Made by a program: the position numbers and the translations under genes | Shown here: positions 25,101 to 36,576 of the stretch, piece by piece | How positions within the stretch are numbered: the stretch's first letter is position 1 | How the letters are laid out: each line of letters opens with the position of its first letter | From: Squalus acanthias | Taxonomy: Eukaryota | Direction of reading: 5' to 3' | Length of the DNA: 64,000 nucleotides | Assembly: GCA_030390025.1 (NCBI GenBank) | Contig: CM059433.1 | Coordinates: 12,278,001 to 12,342,000 of the forward strand | Notes under the pieces: model-generated | The model's database searches: none | What the model was told of the DNA's origin: nothing | What the model saw: only the letters and a program-made list of their open reading frames with translations

Positions 25101-25692
25101 GAGTGTGGTGCAATGTGTTTGGGTGATGTGTGTCAGTGAGTGTGGTGCAATGTGTTTGGGTGAAGTGTGTCAGTGAGTGTGGAGCAATGTGTTTGGGTGA
25201 AGTGTGTCAGTGAGTGTGGTGCAATGTGTTTGGGTGATGTGTGTCAGTGAGTGTGGTGCAATGTGTTTGGGTGATGTGTGTGTCAGTGAGTGTGGTGCAA
25301 TGTGTTTGGGTGATGTGTGTCAGTGAGTGTGGTGCAATGTGTTTGGGTGATGTGTGTCAGTGAGTGTGGTGCAATGTGTTTGGGTGATGTGTGTGTCAGT
25401 GAGTGTGGTGCAATGTGTTTGGGTGATGTGTGTCAGTGAGTGTGGTGCAATGTGTTTGGGTGAAGTGTGTCAGTGAGTGTGGTGCAATGTGTTTGGGTGA
25501 TGTGTGTCAGTGAGTGTGGTGCAATGTGTTTGGATGATGTGTGTCAGTGAGTGTGGTGCAATGTGTTTGGGTGATGTGTGTGTCAGTGAGTGTGGTGCAA
25601 TGTGTTTGGGTGAAGTGTGTCACTGAGTGTGGTGCAATGTGTTTGGGTGAAGTGTGTCAGTGAGTGTGGTGCAATGTGTTTGGGTGAAGTGT
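22104..25692. repeat. Tandem satellite, 37-bp unit with 39-bp variants, roughly 96 copies
   Basis: Unit GTGTGTCAGTGAGTGTGGTGCAATGTGTTTGGGTGA(A/T), head to tail with no unique spacers. Confidence 0.98.
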
Positions 25693-25900
25693 GGTATGTG
25701 GCATTTGCTGAAGCCATCACTCACCCTGACCACCCGTGTGAGGTTGTTAAACTGCTTCCTGCACTGGGTGTGGGTCCTGGAGACCACAGTGCTGCCCGTG
25801 ACGTGGTCCGCTATCGCCCTCCATATAGTGCGGCAGACTTGTGGCGAGGGCCTCCTGCCAGTTGGCGGGTACAGGACCGCCTGCCTCCTCTCCACCATGA

Positions 25901-28260
25901 ACTGGGATAGTAATAGAGTAAAGAGCAGAGAGGGGGAAGAAATCCTGGTGTGTTCAGAAAAACTTTCTTGATCAGTACATTTCCGGCCTAACGAGGAAGG
26001 AGGCATTGCTGGATCTGGTTTTGGGGAATGAGATGGGCCAAGTGGAGCAAGTGTCAGTAGGGGAACATTTAGGGAACAGTGATCACAGTATCATAAGGTT
26101 TGGATTAGCTGTGGAAAAGGACAGGGAGCAATTTAGAGTAAAAATATTTAATTGGAGGAAGGCTAATTTCAGTGGGTTGAGAAGGGATCTGGCCTGGGTA
26201 AATTGGAATGAAAGATTGGCAGGCAAAACTGTAATCGAACAATGGGCTGCCTTTAAAGAGGAAATGGTTTGGGTACAGTCCAGGTACATTCCCACAAGGG
26301 GGAAAAGTAGGGCAACCAAAGTCAGAGTAAAGATGAAGCAGAAAAAGGGGGCGTATGACAGATGTCAGGTTGAGAATACAAGTGAGAAGCAGGCTAAAAG
26401 TTCAGAGGGGGAGTGAAAAAGGAAATAAGAGGGGCAAAGAGAGACGATGAGAATAGATTCGCAGTTAACATGAAAGGGAATCCAAAAGTCTTCTATAGGC
26501 ATATAAATAGTAAAAAGGTAGTAAGAGGAGGGGTGGGGCCAATTAGGGACCAAGAAAAGAAACCTAAGCATGGAGGCAGAGGGCATGGCTGAGGTACTAA
26601 ATGAATACTTTGCATCTGTCTTTACCAAGGAAGAAGATGCTGCAAGGTTATAGTGAAAGAGGAGGTAGTTGAGATACTGGATGGGATAAAAATTGATAAA
26701 GAGGAAGTACGAGAATGGCTGCCTGAACTTAAAGTAGATAAGACACCAGGACCGGATGGGATGCATCCTAGGCTGCTAAGGGAAGTAAAGGTGGAAATTG
26801 CGGAGGTATTGGCCATAATCTTCCAATCCTCCTTAGATACGGGGGTGGTGCCAAAGGACTGGAGAATTGCAAATGTTACACCCTTGTTCAGAAAAGAGTA
26901 AGGATAAACCCAGCAACTACAGGCCAGTCAATTTAACCTAGTTAGTGGGGATGCTTTTAGAAATGATAATCCGGGACAAAATTGACAGTCACTTGGACAA
27001 ATGTGGATTAATTAAGGAAAGCCAGCACGGATTTGTTAAAGGCAAATCGTGTTTAACTAACTTGATTGAGCTTTTTGGTGAGGTAACAGAGGGGGTTGAT
27101 GAGGGCAATGCGGTTGATGTGGTGTATATGGACTTCCAAAAGGCGTTTGATAAAGTGCCACATAATAGTCTTGTCAGCAAAGTTGAAGCCCATGGAATAA
27201 AAGGGAAAGTGGCAGCATGGAAACAAAATTGACTAAGTGACAGGAAACAGAGAGTAGTGGTGAACGGTTGTTTTTTGGACTGGAGGAAGGTATACAGTGG
27301 TGTTCCCCAGGGGTCGGTTCTAGGACCACTGCTTTTCTCGATATATATCAATGACTTCGACTTGGATGTACAGGGCACAATTTCAAAATTTGCAGATGAC
27401 ACAAAACTTGGAAGTATAGTGAACAGTGAGGAGGATTGTGATAGACTTCAAGAAGACATAGACAGGCTGGTGAATGGGCGGACACGTGGCAGATGAAATT
27501 TAACGCAGAAAAGTAAGAAGTGATACATTTTGATAGGAAGAATGAGGAGAGGCAATATAAACTAAAGGGCACAATTCTAAAGTGGGTGCATAAACAGAGA
27601 GATCTGGGGGTATATGTGCACAAATTGTAGAAGGTGGCATGGCAGGTTGAGAAAGCGGTTAAAAAAGCATACGGATCCTGGGCTTCATAAGTAGAGGCAT
27701 AGAGTACAAAAGCAAGGAAGTTATGATGAACCTTTATCAAACATTGGTTCGGTCTCAACTGGAGTATTGTGTCCAATTCTGGGCACCATACTTTAAGAAG
27801 GATGTGAAGGCCTTAGAGAGGGTGCAGAAAAGATTTACGAGAATAGGTTCAGGGATGAGGGACTTCAGTTACGTGGATAGACTGGAGAAGGTTGAGAGGA
27901 GATTTAATCATGAGGGGTCTAGACAGAGTAGATAGAGAGAAGCTATTCCTATTAGCAGAAGGGTCGAGAACCAGACGACACAGATTTAAGGTGATTGGCA
28001 GAAGAACCAAAGGCGGCATGAGGGAAAACCTTTTTACACAGCGAGTGGTTAGGATCTGGAATGTGCTGCCTGAACGGGTGGTGGAGGCAGATTCAATTGT
28101 GGCTTTCAAAAGGGAATTGGATAATTACCTGAAGGAAACAAAATTGCATGGCTACAGGGATAGGGCGGGGGAGTGGGACTAGCTGAAGCTCTTGCAGAGA
28201 GCTGGCAAGGGCTCGATGGGCCAAATGGCCTCCTTCTGTGCTGTAATCATTCTATGATTC
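25901..28260 (+). mobile_element. CR1 LINE, 5'-truncated (endonuclease end through RT and tail)
   Basis: LDLVLGNE, LGNSDHSII, PGPDGMHPRLL, QHGFVKGKSCLTNL, VPQGSVLGP, FADDTK. Flanked by duplicated catgaac. Confidence 0.95.
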
Positions 28261-28482
28261 CATGAACACCAATGCCTGAAGAGCTCTCTCCCTCCATCTT
28301 CGGTCTGCCATGGTTGCTACGGATGTCTTCTGACTGTTGTTTGCTTTGCTGTTGGGGCAGCTGTAGATCCAACAAGCCTGACAATGAGGTGCTGCAGCAT
28401 CAATGAACGTCCCCTTTAAGTAGTGGAAAAAGCCTGTGGCGATCATGACCTGCAATTAGACTGCCCCCGCTATTGGTCCAGC

Positions 28483-29060
28483 TTTTCAGTGTACTCTTTT
28501 GGGTACGAACAATAAACAAATAAACTGTAAATTAACAAAAATACATTAAAGGAAACTTAATAAATTAAATTTAAAAAAAATGTAATTACCGGTGCTGATG
28601 CTGCACTCCAGTCCCTGTGGTGCCCACTGGTCGCGGAAGGTCTCAAGCGTGCCGGCGGACACCGCGTGCTCCATTTCCAGGGTCACCCAGGTGCGAACGT
28701 GGCTGCGGAAGAGAGGCAGGCAATCGGGCCGAACGACCCCCTCGACCACCCGCTGCCTGGACCTGTTAATGGCCTTTTTGGCCAGGCCCAGGAGCAGTCC
28801 TACGAGGAGGTCCTCCGATCTGCCCACTCCCCTCCGCACCGGGTGACCAAAGATCAGGAGCGTGGGACTGAAGTGCAGCCAAAAATCGAGGAGCAGCCCC
28901 TTCAAATAATGGAAGAGGGGCTGCAACCTCTCACACTCTATATAAACATGGAACACGGACTCCTCGAGGCCGCAGAAAAGGCAGGCTGCCTTTGGGAGTC
29001 CGTGAACCTACTTAAAACCTTATTGCACGGAACTGCTCTGTGCAACTCCCTCCAGGCCAA
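28483..29060 (-). mobile_element. Tx1-like (L1 clade) LINE 3' fragment
   Basis: C-terminal CCHC region (CLFCGLEESVFHVYIECERLQPLF..LLLGLAKKAINRSR..FRDQWAP) followed by an AT-rich 3' UTR. Confidence 0.8.
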
Positions 29061-29266
29061 GTCATGGTTTTCAATGTAACGCCAATGAGCTTGAGTTTTT
29101 GGACTAGAATCATGACTACAATCATTTTAATGAGGAGTTAGCAAAAATTTTGTGTGAATCCTAAATGATTTTCAGGTGGCGCAGCTTAACCTTTTTTAAT
29201 CTAAACACTGCCCATTTCTTGGCTATAACGAATTTCTAGCCCTTCCTTCTTAGCAGTAAAAATAAT

Positions 29267-30168
29267 GACCCGTATTTTCCGATCCCTACGGGTGGGTACG
29301 CGCTGTGTACACACCCGTAGGGACATCGGAAATGCCGGTTTCAGGCATGCGAAGCGCATGCGCTGAAAACCGGCATTTCTGATCTGTCAAGAATCCTCTT
29401 GACAGATCGGACGCCTGCCCTGGAGAAGGGCCTCTGCAGGCGGATAGTTCCGCTTTCTGGAGACCCTCCGCCCGCAGAAAACCCTTAGAAATCTTACGCC
29501 TGGTAAAAGCAGCGTATGGCCTGCTTTTACCAGCGTAAGAGTTGAAAAAGTAAAAAAAAATTTTTTTTCACTCATTTATAATTTAAAAATACTTTTCAAA
29601 AAGGTAAGTTTATTTTTAGCCCTGTAAAAAACTTTAATTATTTTTTTCAAAAAATTAAATTTTTGTTTAAAATATTTAATTTATTGTAATTTTAACTAAT
29701 TTTAAAAATGTGATGTTTTTAAAAAAATGTATTTAATGTTTTTTAAAAAACATCACATTTTTAAAATTAGTTAAAATTACAATAAATTAAATATTTTAAC
29801 AAAAATTTAATTTTTTGAAAAAAATAATTAAAGTTTTTTACAGGGCTAAAAATAAACTTACCTTTTTTAAAAGTTAATGTTTTACTATGTTTCTGGAGTG
29901 ATCTCCATTCATATATTTGACAGGTCTATCTGTCAAGTGTATGAAGGGAGATTCCCTTCTCCTATTGGCTCCCCATGGCTCACGTGATCCCAGGGACGCT
30001 TGCGAACCGCCTGCACCTCTGGGATACCTGGGCCTCTGCGCATTTCGAGTTTGGAGAGGCCCAGGATCGGAAGTGCACGCACCTCGGGAGCCCTCAGGTA
30101 AGTCCGTAGATTTTTTCCAGATCGGAGGCCTCCGCACGCAGGAAGCCTCCGATCGGAAAATACGGGCC
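29267..30168. mobile_element. Harbinger-type MITE (TSD AAT) with an internal fold-back
   Basis: 18-bp TIR gacccgtattttccgatc / gatcggaaaatacgggcc; AAT on both sides. Confidence 0.9.
29598..29867. repeat. Near-perfect AT-rich inverted repeat (~130-bp arms)
   Basis: aaaaggtaagtttatttttagccctgt...tgtgatgttttt is mirrored by aaaaacatcaca...acagggctaaaaataaacttacctttt. Confidence 0.92.
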
Positions 30169-30855
30169 AATATATAGTGCAGTACATGGTATCATACTGC
30201 TGTCCTTATTAAACAGTATATAATTCAACTTATCACGAGCAAAGCTATAGATCTGCTGATATATATAAAAAGATCACAACTTGCATAAGTTTTGCTCATT
30301 GCACTTCCTGTGTCCTGTGGATGTGGAAGACGCTATGCAATGACAAGTCCTTACCTTCTTTCTATATTTGAAATGCCAGTAACAGTGTTTTCTGTTGGAG
30401 GCCAATGCCTGAGCCTCGAGTTTACACAGGTTCCCAGATCCATCACTGTTAGTTGAAGAGACTCAATTTAGCGGCTGTCAGCTCCTAACATTAACCTGCC
30501 TGCACAATTCTTAGATTTCTGTTATGATTTATAGCACCACCGATCATTCACAAAGTACACCAGGACTTGCTGCTTGCAAATCCCACCTCTGCCAATGGAA
30601 AATTATTAAGAATAAAACCCCTCAGGGATCACAAAAGTAATTGGTGTTTGTTGTTTTATATAAAATATCAAACACAAGGTAAAGCATGAATTCTTTAACA
30701 TTTTCTAGGGCAACTTTTCTGATTATTTTTACATTCAGGAGGTTGTTACACTCAAATTGTTGTTTACAGCATGTTACGTCTGCGAAAAATGGAACATTAA
30801 ATAGTGCCAAATTTCAAGGTGGAATCTTTATATTTTGTGACACATTATATACAAT

Positions 30856-32251
30856 AGCAAAATACTGCGGATGCTGGAAATCTGAAATAACAACAGAAAA
30901 CGCTGGAAACACTCAGCAGGCCAGGCAATATCCGTGGAGAGAGAAACCGAGTTAACGTTTCAGGTCTGGAACCCTTCATCAGAACTGGAAAAAGCTGGAG
31001 ATGTAACAGATATTAAGCAGGTGCAGAGACGGGGAGAGGGAGGGGGGTGGGGTGGGTGGGAGGGGAGGAAGGAATTGAAGGAATATACTGTGCTTATGTA
31101 AGAGGCAGGAAAGATAAAATGTTGCAAATGGGAATGGCAAAATCATACAGCATGAAAAATGGGGGCAGGGTTTATAGTCTGAAATTGTTGAACTCAATGT
31201 TGAGCCGAGAAGGCTGTAAAGTGTCTAATCGGAAGATGAGGTGCTGTTCCTCGAGCTTACGTTGAGCTTCATTGGAACAGTGTAAGAGGCCGAGGACGGA
31301 GGGGTCAGAGTGGGAGTGGAGTGGAGAATTAAAGTGACAGGCAACCGGAAGCTCAGGGTCACCCTTACGGACTGAACGGAGGTGTTCTGCAAAGCGGTCA
31401 CCCAATCTGCGTTTGGTCTCCCCAATGTAGAGGAGACCGCATCGTGAGCAGCGAATACAGTATACTAAATTGCAGGAAGTACAAGTAAATCGCTGTTTCA
31501 CCTGGAAGGGGTGTTTGGGGCCCTGGACAGTGGGAAGGGAGGAGGTAAAAGGGCAGGTGTTGCATCTCCTGCGCTTGCATGGGAAGGTGCCAGGCGAAGG
31601 GGAAGGGCTGTTGGGGGTGGTAGAGGAGTGGACCAGGGTGTCGCGGAGGGAGCGGTCCCTTCGGAATGCTGAAAGGGGAGGTGAGGTGAAGATGTGTTTG
31701 GTGGTGGGATCACGTTGGAGGTGGAGGAAATGGCGGAGGATTATCCGTTGAATGTGGAGGCTGGTAGGGTGAAAGGTGAGGATGAGGGGAACCCTATCGT
31801 GGTTCCGGGAGGGAGGGGAAGGGGTGAGAGCAGAAGTGTGGGAAATGGAACGGACACGGTCAAGGGCCGTGTCAACCACAGCAGAGGGGAATCCTCGGTT
31901 GAGGAAAAAGGAAGACATGTCGGAAGCACTGGTATGGAAGGTGGCATCGTCAGAACAGATGCGGCGGAGATGGAGAAACTGGGAGAATGGAATAGAGTCC
32001 TTACAGGAAGCGGGGTGGGAGGAAGTGTATTCCAGGTAGCTGTGAGAGTCTGGGCTTGTAGTGGATGTTTGTCGAAAGCCGATCGCCAGAAATGGAGACG
32101 GAGAAGTCAAGGAAGGGAAGGGAAGAGTCGGAGATGGACCATGTGAAGGGGAGGGAAGGGTGGAAATTGGAAGTAAAGTGAATGAACTTATCTAGTTCAG
32201 GGCGAGAGTAGGAAACGGCACCGATACAGTCATCGATGTACCGGAAAAAGA
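30856..32251 (-). mobile_element. Penelope-like element family A, 5'-truncated (RT end, GIY-YIG, pLTR)
   Basis: FRYIDD, CKRRRCNTC, NLVYCIRCSRCGLLYIGETKRRLGDRFAEH, LNIEF. Confidence 0.95.
30950..30986 (-). ncRNA. Minimal hammerhead ribozyme motif (PLE family A)
   Basis: Minus strand AGTT-CTGATGA-A-GGGT tccag ACCT-GAAA-CGT-T-AACT; stems I and II pair; helix III is the palindrome AACGTT. Confidence 0.7.
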
Positions 32252-32519
32252 GTAAGTTCATGGATTCGGGGTGGGGCGGGCGGGGGGGGGGGGCGATCAC
32301 ATAATTTGCATGGCAATGGCGGGCTAGGGGCAAGGAAACTAAACATCTTCCCGAAGAGTTCTGGGCTAGGGGGTGCTGGATTCCCCACCCGGAAGAAAAA
32401 AAGTGGCTGCTTCAAAGATCAAAGGAAGACAAAAATGTCATGTCCAAATCTTTGGCGGTCCAGGAATGCTGGGTTTGACCAGGAGTACCTGTGCTGACAA
32501 TACACTGGATCTCTCCTGC

Positions 32520-32712
32520 ATCTTGGGGCCAATATTTATCCTCAACCATCATCACTACCAAAACAGATTATCTGGCCATTATCACATTGCTGTTTGTGGG
32601 AGCTTGCTGTGCGCAAATTGGCTGCCGCGTTTCCCACATTGGCTGTAAAGCGCTTTGGGGCGTCCTGAGGTCATGAAAGGCGCTATATAAATGCAAGTCT
32701 TTCTTTCTTTCC
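32520..32712 (+). mobile_element. DeuSINE 3' fragment
   Basis: Matches 9690-9915, with an internal deletion. Confidence 0.85.
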
Positions 32713-33857
32713 TGAAGAATACTCAGGGGGCAGGAACTCCAATGTTCATAGTTTCTGCCCCTACCCTGTGCTCTTTACATAAATGGCCTTGCAAGGGGTG
32801 GTGAAGGCCCTTACTATATAAAACCAGACAGCAAACATATTACAGGCAGAGATTTATTTGTGTAATTGTGATATTTATTTACTTATTATCTACCGGCAGT
32901 GGGTAAGGGAAACAGTATTCATTTAATTTCCGGGAATCAATCAAAAAACACTTATTTCACTGTCTCTTGGAAAATCTCTTAAAACTTCTTTCTAAATTCT
33001 TTCACTATGGAGGGGGACATCTTTCGCACTTCCATTCCCCAGCAGCCCACTTGCAACACTCTGACTCACCAGAAGAGACACCATGAGAGATGTACTAGTT
33101 TAGATATTTAAACGTTGCTTCTAACGCGTGTTTTGCCCATCACAATAGGCGGATCACACTTCAGTCATGTCTTTCCATTTCATACTTGCAGCTGATCGAC
33201 TCCATTTTCATATTTATAAACTCGGCAACAAATTACAACGGAACAGACGGGGAACATGTCAATCAGCAAGTAACAAGCATGAATGAAAAAAACATCAATC
33301 ATGCCAGTTCTAGATATGCCAAGGCGTTCATAAGAACATAAGAATTAGGAGCAGGAGTAGGCCAAACGGCCCCGTGAACCTGCTCCGCCATTCAATAAGA
33401 TCTTCGACCTCAACTCCACTTTCCTGCCCGATCTCCATATCCCTCGATTCCCCTAGAGTCCAAAAATCTATCTATCTCAGCCTTGAATATACTCAAAGAC
33501 TCAGCATCCACAGCCCTCTGGGGTAGAGAATTCCAAAGATTCACAACCCTCTGAGTGAAGAAATTTCTCCTCATCTCAGTCTTAAATGGCCTACCCCTTG
33601 TCCTGAGACTATGCCCCCTAGTTCTAGACACTCCAGCCAGGGGAAAAAACCTCTCAGCATCTACCCTGTCAATCCCCCTCAGAATCTTGTATGTTTCAAT
33701 GAGATCACCTCTCATTCTTCTAAACTCCAGAGAGTATAGGCCCATTCTACACAATCTCTCATCATAGGACAGCCCTCTTATCCCAGGGATCAATCTAGTG
33801 AATCTTCGTTGCACCGCCTCCAAGGTAAGTATATCCTTCCTTAGATAAGGAGACCAA

Positions 33858-34702
33858 GGGCTGGATTTTCCAAGCCCCGAGGAGGCGGGCATGGAGGCGG
33901 GACTGCTGGTAAAGTAGCAGAAAGTGGGGGCGGATGGTAAACCCGCCCCCGACCCGCCTCTGTGCCCTTTTGCCAGGAGGCGGGAAGATGTGCTGCTTTG
34001 GGTCCCGTCTCCTGGAGGCGGGAAAGGCATTTAATCCTTTTAACTGCCTGTTAACAGTTAGTTAACAGGCAGAAAAAAGGATTAGTGCCATTTTACCTTC
34101 ATGGATGAAAGCTTCCCGACCTCGGAGAACCCCGCCGGGTTGGAGGAGACGTGAAGGAGGTCTGCGATGGTTGGAGGCACCTGGAAGTAAGGTGTAGAGG
34201 TGAGTGATGGGTGCAAGTGTGGAGTGGTAAGTATGCAAGGTGAGTGATAAGTTTTAAAAAGTGTTCACTTACCTTGTTTTTTTCTACAGCCTTCAGCCAC
34301 GGTGGATTGGGAGAGCCAACATCCTCCTTGTCAGTTTCACAGACTGGCTGTTGGATCCTCCGAACCAACAGCCATGTGAATTTTACAAAGTTGAAAGGTT
34401 TGATGAGTCCTGAACACAAGGACTCATCAAACTAAAGAGAATGCCAGTGTTTGACAGCTTCACAGAGTTGTCAAACGTTGACATTTCTTCTTTCAAGAAG
34501 TCTTGACAGATAGCACGTCTGACGTTGACGTGCTCTGTCAGTGACTTCCTCCCTAATTGACATGCTGAGCCCGCAGGGCGGGCTTAACAAGCTCAATCAG
34601 GGAAAAATCCCTCTGGTTGGTCAGGCGAAGATGGAGGTGGGACATTGACACGACAAGCAGCAGTCCCGCCTCCAACTCGCCTCCATTCACAAAATCTAGC
34701 CC
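33858..34702. mobile_element. Harbinger MITE with H1-type ends (TSD CAA)
   Basis: TIR gggctggatttt / aaaatctagccc; removal restores CR1 gagaccaaaattatg; first ~32 bp nearly match the H1 end. Confidence 0.9.
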
Positions 34703-34757
34703 CAAAATTATGCACAGTACTCCAGGTGTGGTCTCACCAAAGCCTTGTACAATTGTA

Positions 34758-34842
34758 AAGTCGCACAACACCAGGTTATAGTCCAACAGTTTTATTTGAA
34801 ATCACAAGCTTTCGGAGTTACTGCTCCTTCGTCGGGTGAAGT
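34758..34842 (-). mobile_element. PLE family B mini-insertion (pLTR 3' end only, hammerhead motif 34802-34839)
   Basis: Near-identical to 59705-59790; TSD ttgtacaattgta. Confidence 0.85.
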
Positions 34843-34963
34843 CTTGCTACAATTGTACAATTGTAGCAAGACTTCCTTACTCTTGTACTCCAAACCCCTT
34901 GCAATAAAGGCCAACATGCAATTTGCCTTCCTAATTGCTTACTGTACCTGCATGCTAACTCTC

Positions 34964-35911
34964 GGGGGGAGAAATTGGGTTCCTTTGCGCCTCTCGTTAT
35001 TGCTCCTGGGGGGCGCTAATGGGGTGCAAATGCCCTAGCACCTGGGTGCGGTGCCGCTAACGCTGACGTAAGAAAACTACTAGGCACTTGATCTAAGCGT
35101 TAAACAAAGCTTTAATCAACTGTTTTACAACATTGAGGTCTAGTTGTGTCCTTCACTAGTTCCTGTTAAGAATGTCCTGCGCAAGCGGGGCCCGTGCCCG
35201 AGTGTTTATACTCTCCCTGGACAGCGCCACCCGCAGGCCACTCAGTATTATTTCATAAGTCTTTCTTTCATGAATGACAGATTCATGTCAAACGCCTCTT
35301 GCGAAATTCAACAGGAGGTTAGCGGCGGCGGTAGCTGCGCTGGTGATGATGACGTCATCGTTGTGTGCAGCACCCCGTTTGTGCCCTGGCCGCAAACTTC
35401 CCTTGCGCCCCCTGAATTATCGGCGGGCGATGGGATCGACAGGATTGGGGGCGTTTTTGCAGCGCGCGGCGCTACTTAAAGGGCAGGTGTCAGGCGGCCA
35501 TTTTTATTTTGGCCGACTGCCAGCACCTGCCCACCTTTAACATTTCTATACGGGGTGCCGGCCGCGATCGCTCCTCTTCAGTGCCGGGCTGTTTCCACGG
35601 CATCCCGCTCCCCAGTGGTTCAGCAGGGCACCAGTGCGCGCAGCGCTAGGCCCCTCCCCTTTAATCAGGGAAGGAGGCCTGCAATGACGCGGCGCTACAT
35701 GCCGCCACAGGTGGCGCTGCTGCACGTAGCGCCGCGACACTGAGTAGTAGCGCCCCAAGAAGGAGGTGGAGCGCTTTCAGTCGTGCTCCACCTCCTTCTT
35801 TGGGCGCTACTATTGAATTTACGGGGGAGGGGCACTAACTTTTGCGGGGCGCTAAAATTAGCGCCCTGGTGACATTTGCGCTCCACAATGGACGCTACCC
35901 AATTTTTCACC
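34964..35911. mobile_element. GC-rich Harbinger MITE with H2-type ends (TSD CTC)
   Basis: gggggagaaattggg / cccaatttttcacc; many gcgcc/gcgct subterminal motifs; interrupts a CR1. Confidence 0.8.
35064..35290 (-). mobile_element. Solo LTR, 227 bp (copy 1)
   Basis: TGAC...GTCA ends, 5-bp TSD aacgc. Confidence 0.85.
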
Positions 35912-36576
35912 CTCTGTGTTTCCTATACAAGGACAGCTAATTCTTGCTGAACACCAACATTTAATAGTTTCTCATGATTTAAATAATATTCTGTTTTTCT
36001 ATTCTTCCTACCAAAGTGAATAACTTCACATTTACCCACATTATACTCCATTATTGCCCACTCACTTAACCTGTCAACACCGCTTTGCAGCCTCTTTGTG
36101 TCCGCCTCACAGCTTACTTTCCCACCTAGCTTTGTATCATCAGCAAACTTGGATACATTACACTCAGTCCCTTCATTTAAGTCATGAATATAAATTGTAG
36201 ATAGCTGAGGCCCAAGCACTGATCCTTGCAGCACCCCACTAGTTACAGCCTGCCAACCGGAAAATTACCCATTTATCCCTACTCTCTGTTTTCTGTCCGT
36301 TAACCATGATAATATATTACCCCCAACCCCATGAGCCCTTATCTTGCATAACAATCTTTCATGTGGCACCTTATCAAATGCCTTTTGGAATTCCAAATAT
36401 CTTACATCCACGGGTCCCCCTTTATCTACCCTGCTAGTCACATCCTCAAAATACTCTAATAAATTTGTTAAACACGATTTCCCTTTCACAAAACCATGTT
36501 GACTCTGCCTAATCATATTATGATTTTCTAAATGCCCTGTCACCACTTCCTTAATAATGGATTCCAGCATTTCCCG

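Larger units (their letters stand above)
20750..28311 (-). pseudogene. Harbinger Myb/SANT-like gene of H2 (exon 1 28311-25725 split by CR1; exon 2 22088-21926; exon 3 from 21769)
   Basis: MADRRWRERALQALVFM|VERRQAVLYP..WRAIADHV..RTHTQCRKQFNNLTRVVR. Donor gtgagt 25724, acceptor tttcag 22089, donor gtacgt 21925, acceptor 21770. Same intron layout as H1. Confidence 0.85.
18923..29242. mobile_element. PIF/Harbinger transposon H2, apparently full length, inflated by a satellite, a CR1 and a Tx1 insertion
   Basis: Left end GGGGGAGAAATT, right end aatttctagccc, flanks ttt/ttc. Transposase on +, Myb gene on -. Left-right pairing is inferred. Confidence 0.8.
33329..36576 (-). mobile_element. CR1 LINE carrying nested insertions
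   Basis: RT motifs in ORFs 36265-36570, 35923-36234 and 33410-33860; tail (taagaaca)n. Confidence 0.93.

Noticed and set aside
22104..25692. CRISPR array (37-bp periodicity)
   Set aside because: No unique spacers, no cas genes, vertebrate context; it is a plain tandem repeat.
30356..30450. Minus-strand exon ending in AAG|GTAAGG
   Set aside because: Isolated, two open frames, no recognisable product or partner exons.
31694..32146. Antisense ORFs recurring in PLE and CR1 copies
   Set aside because: Shadow frames of the RT ORF that recur only because the parent element is repeated.
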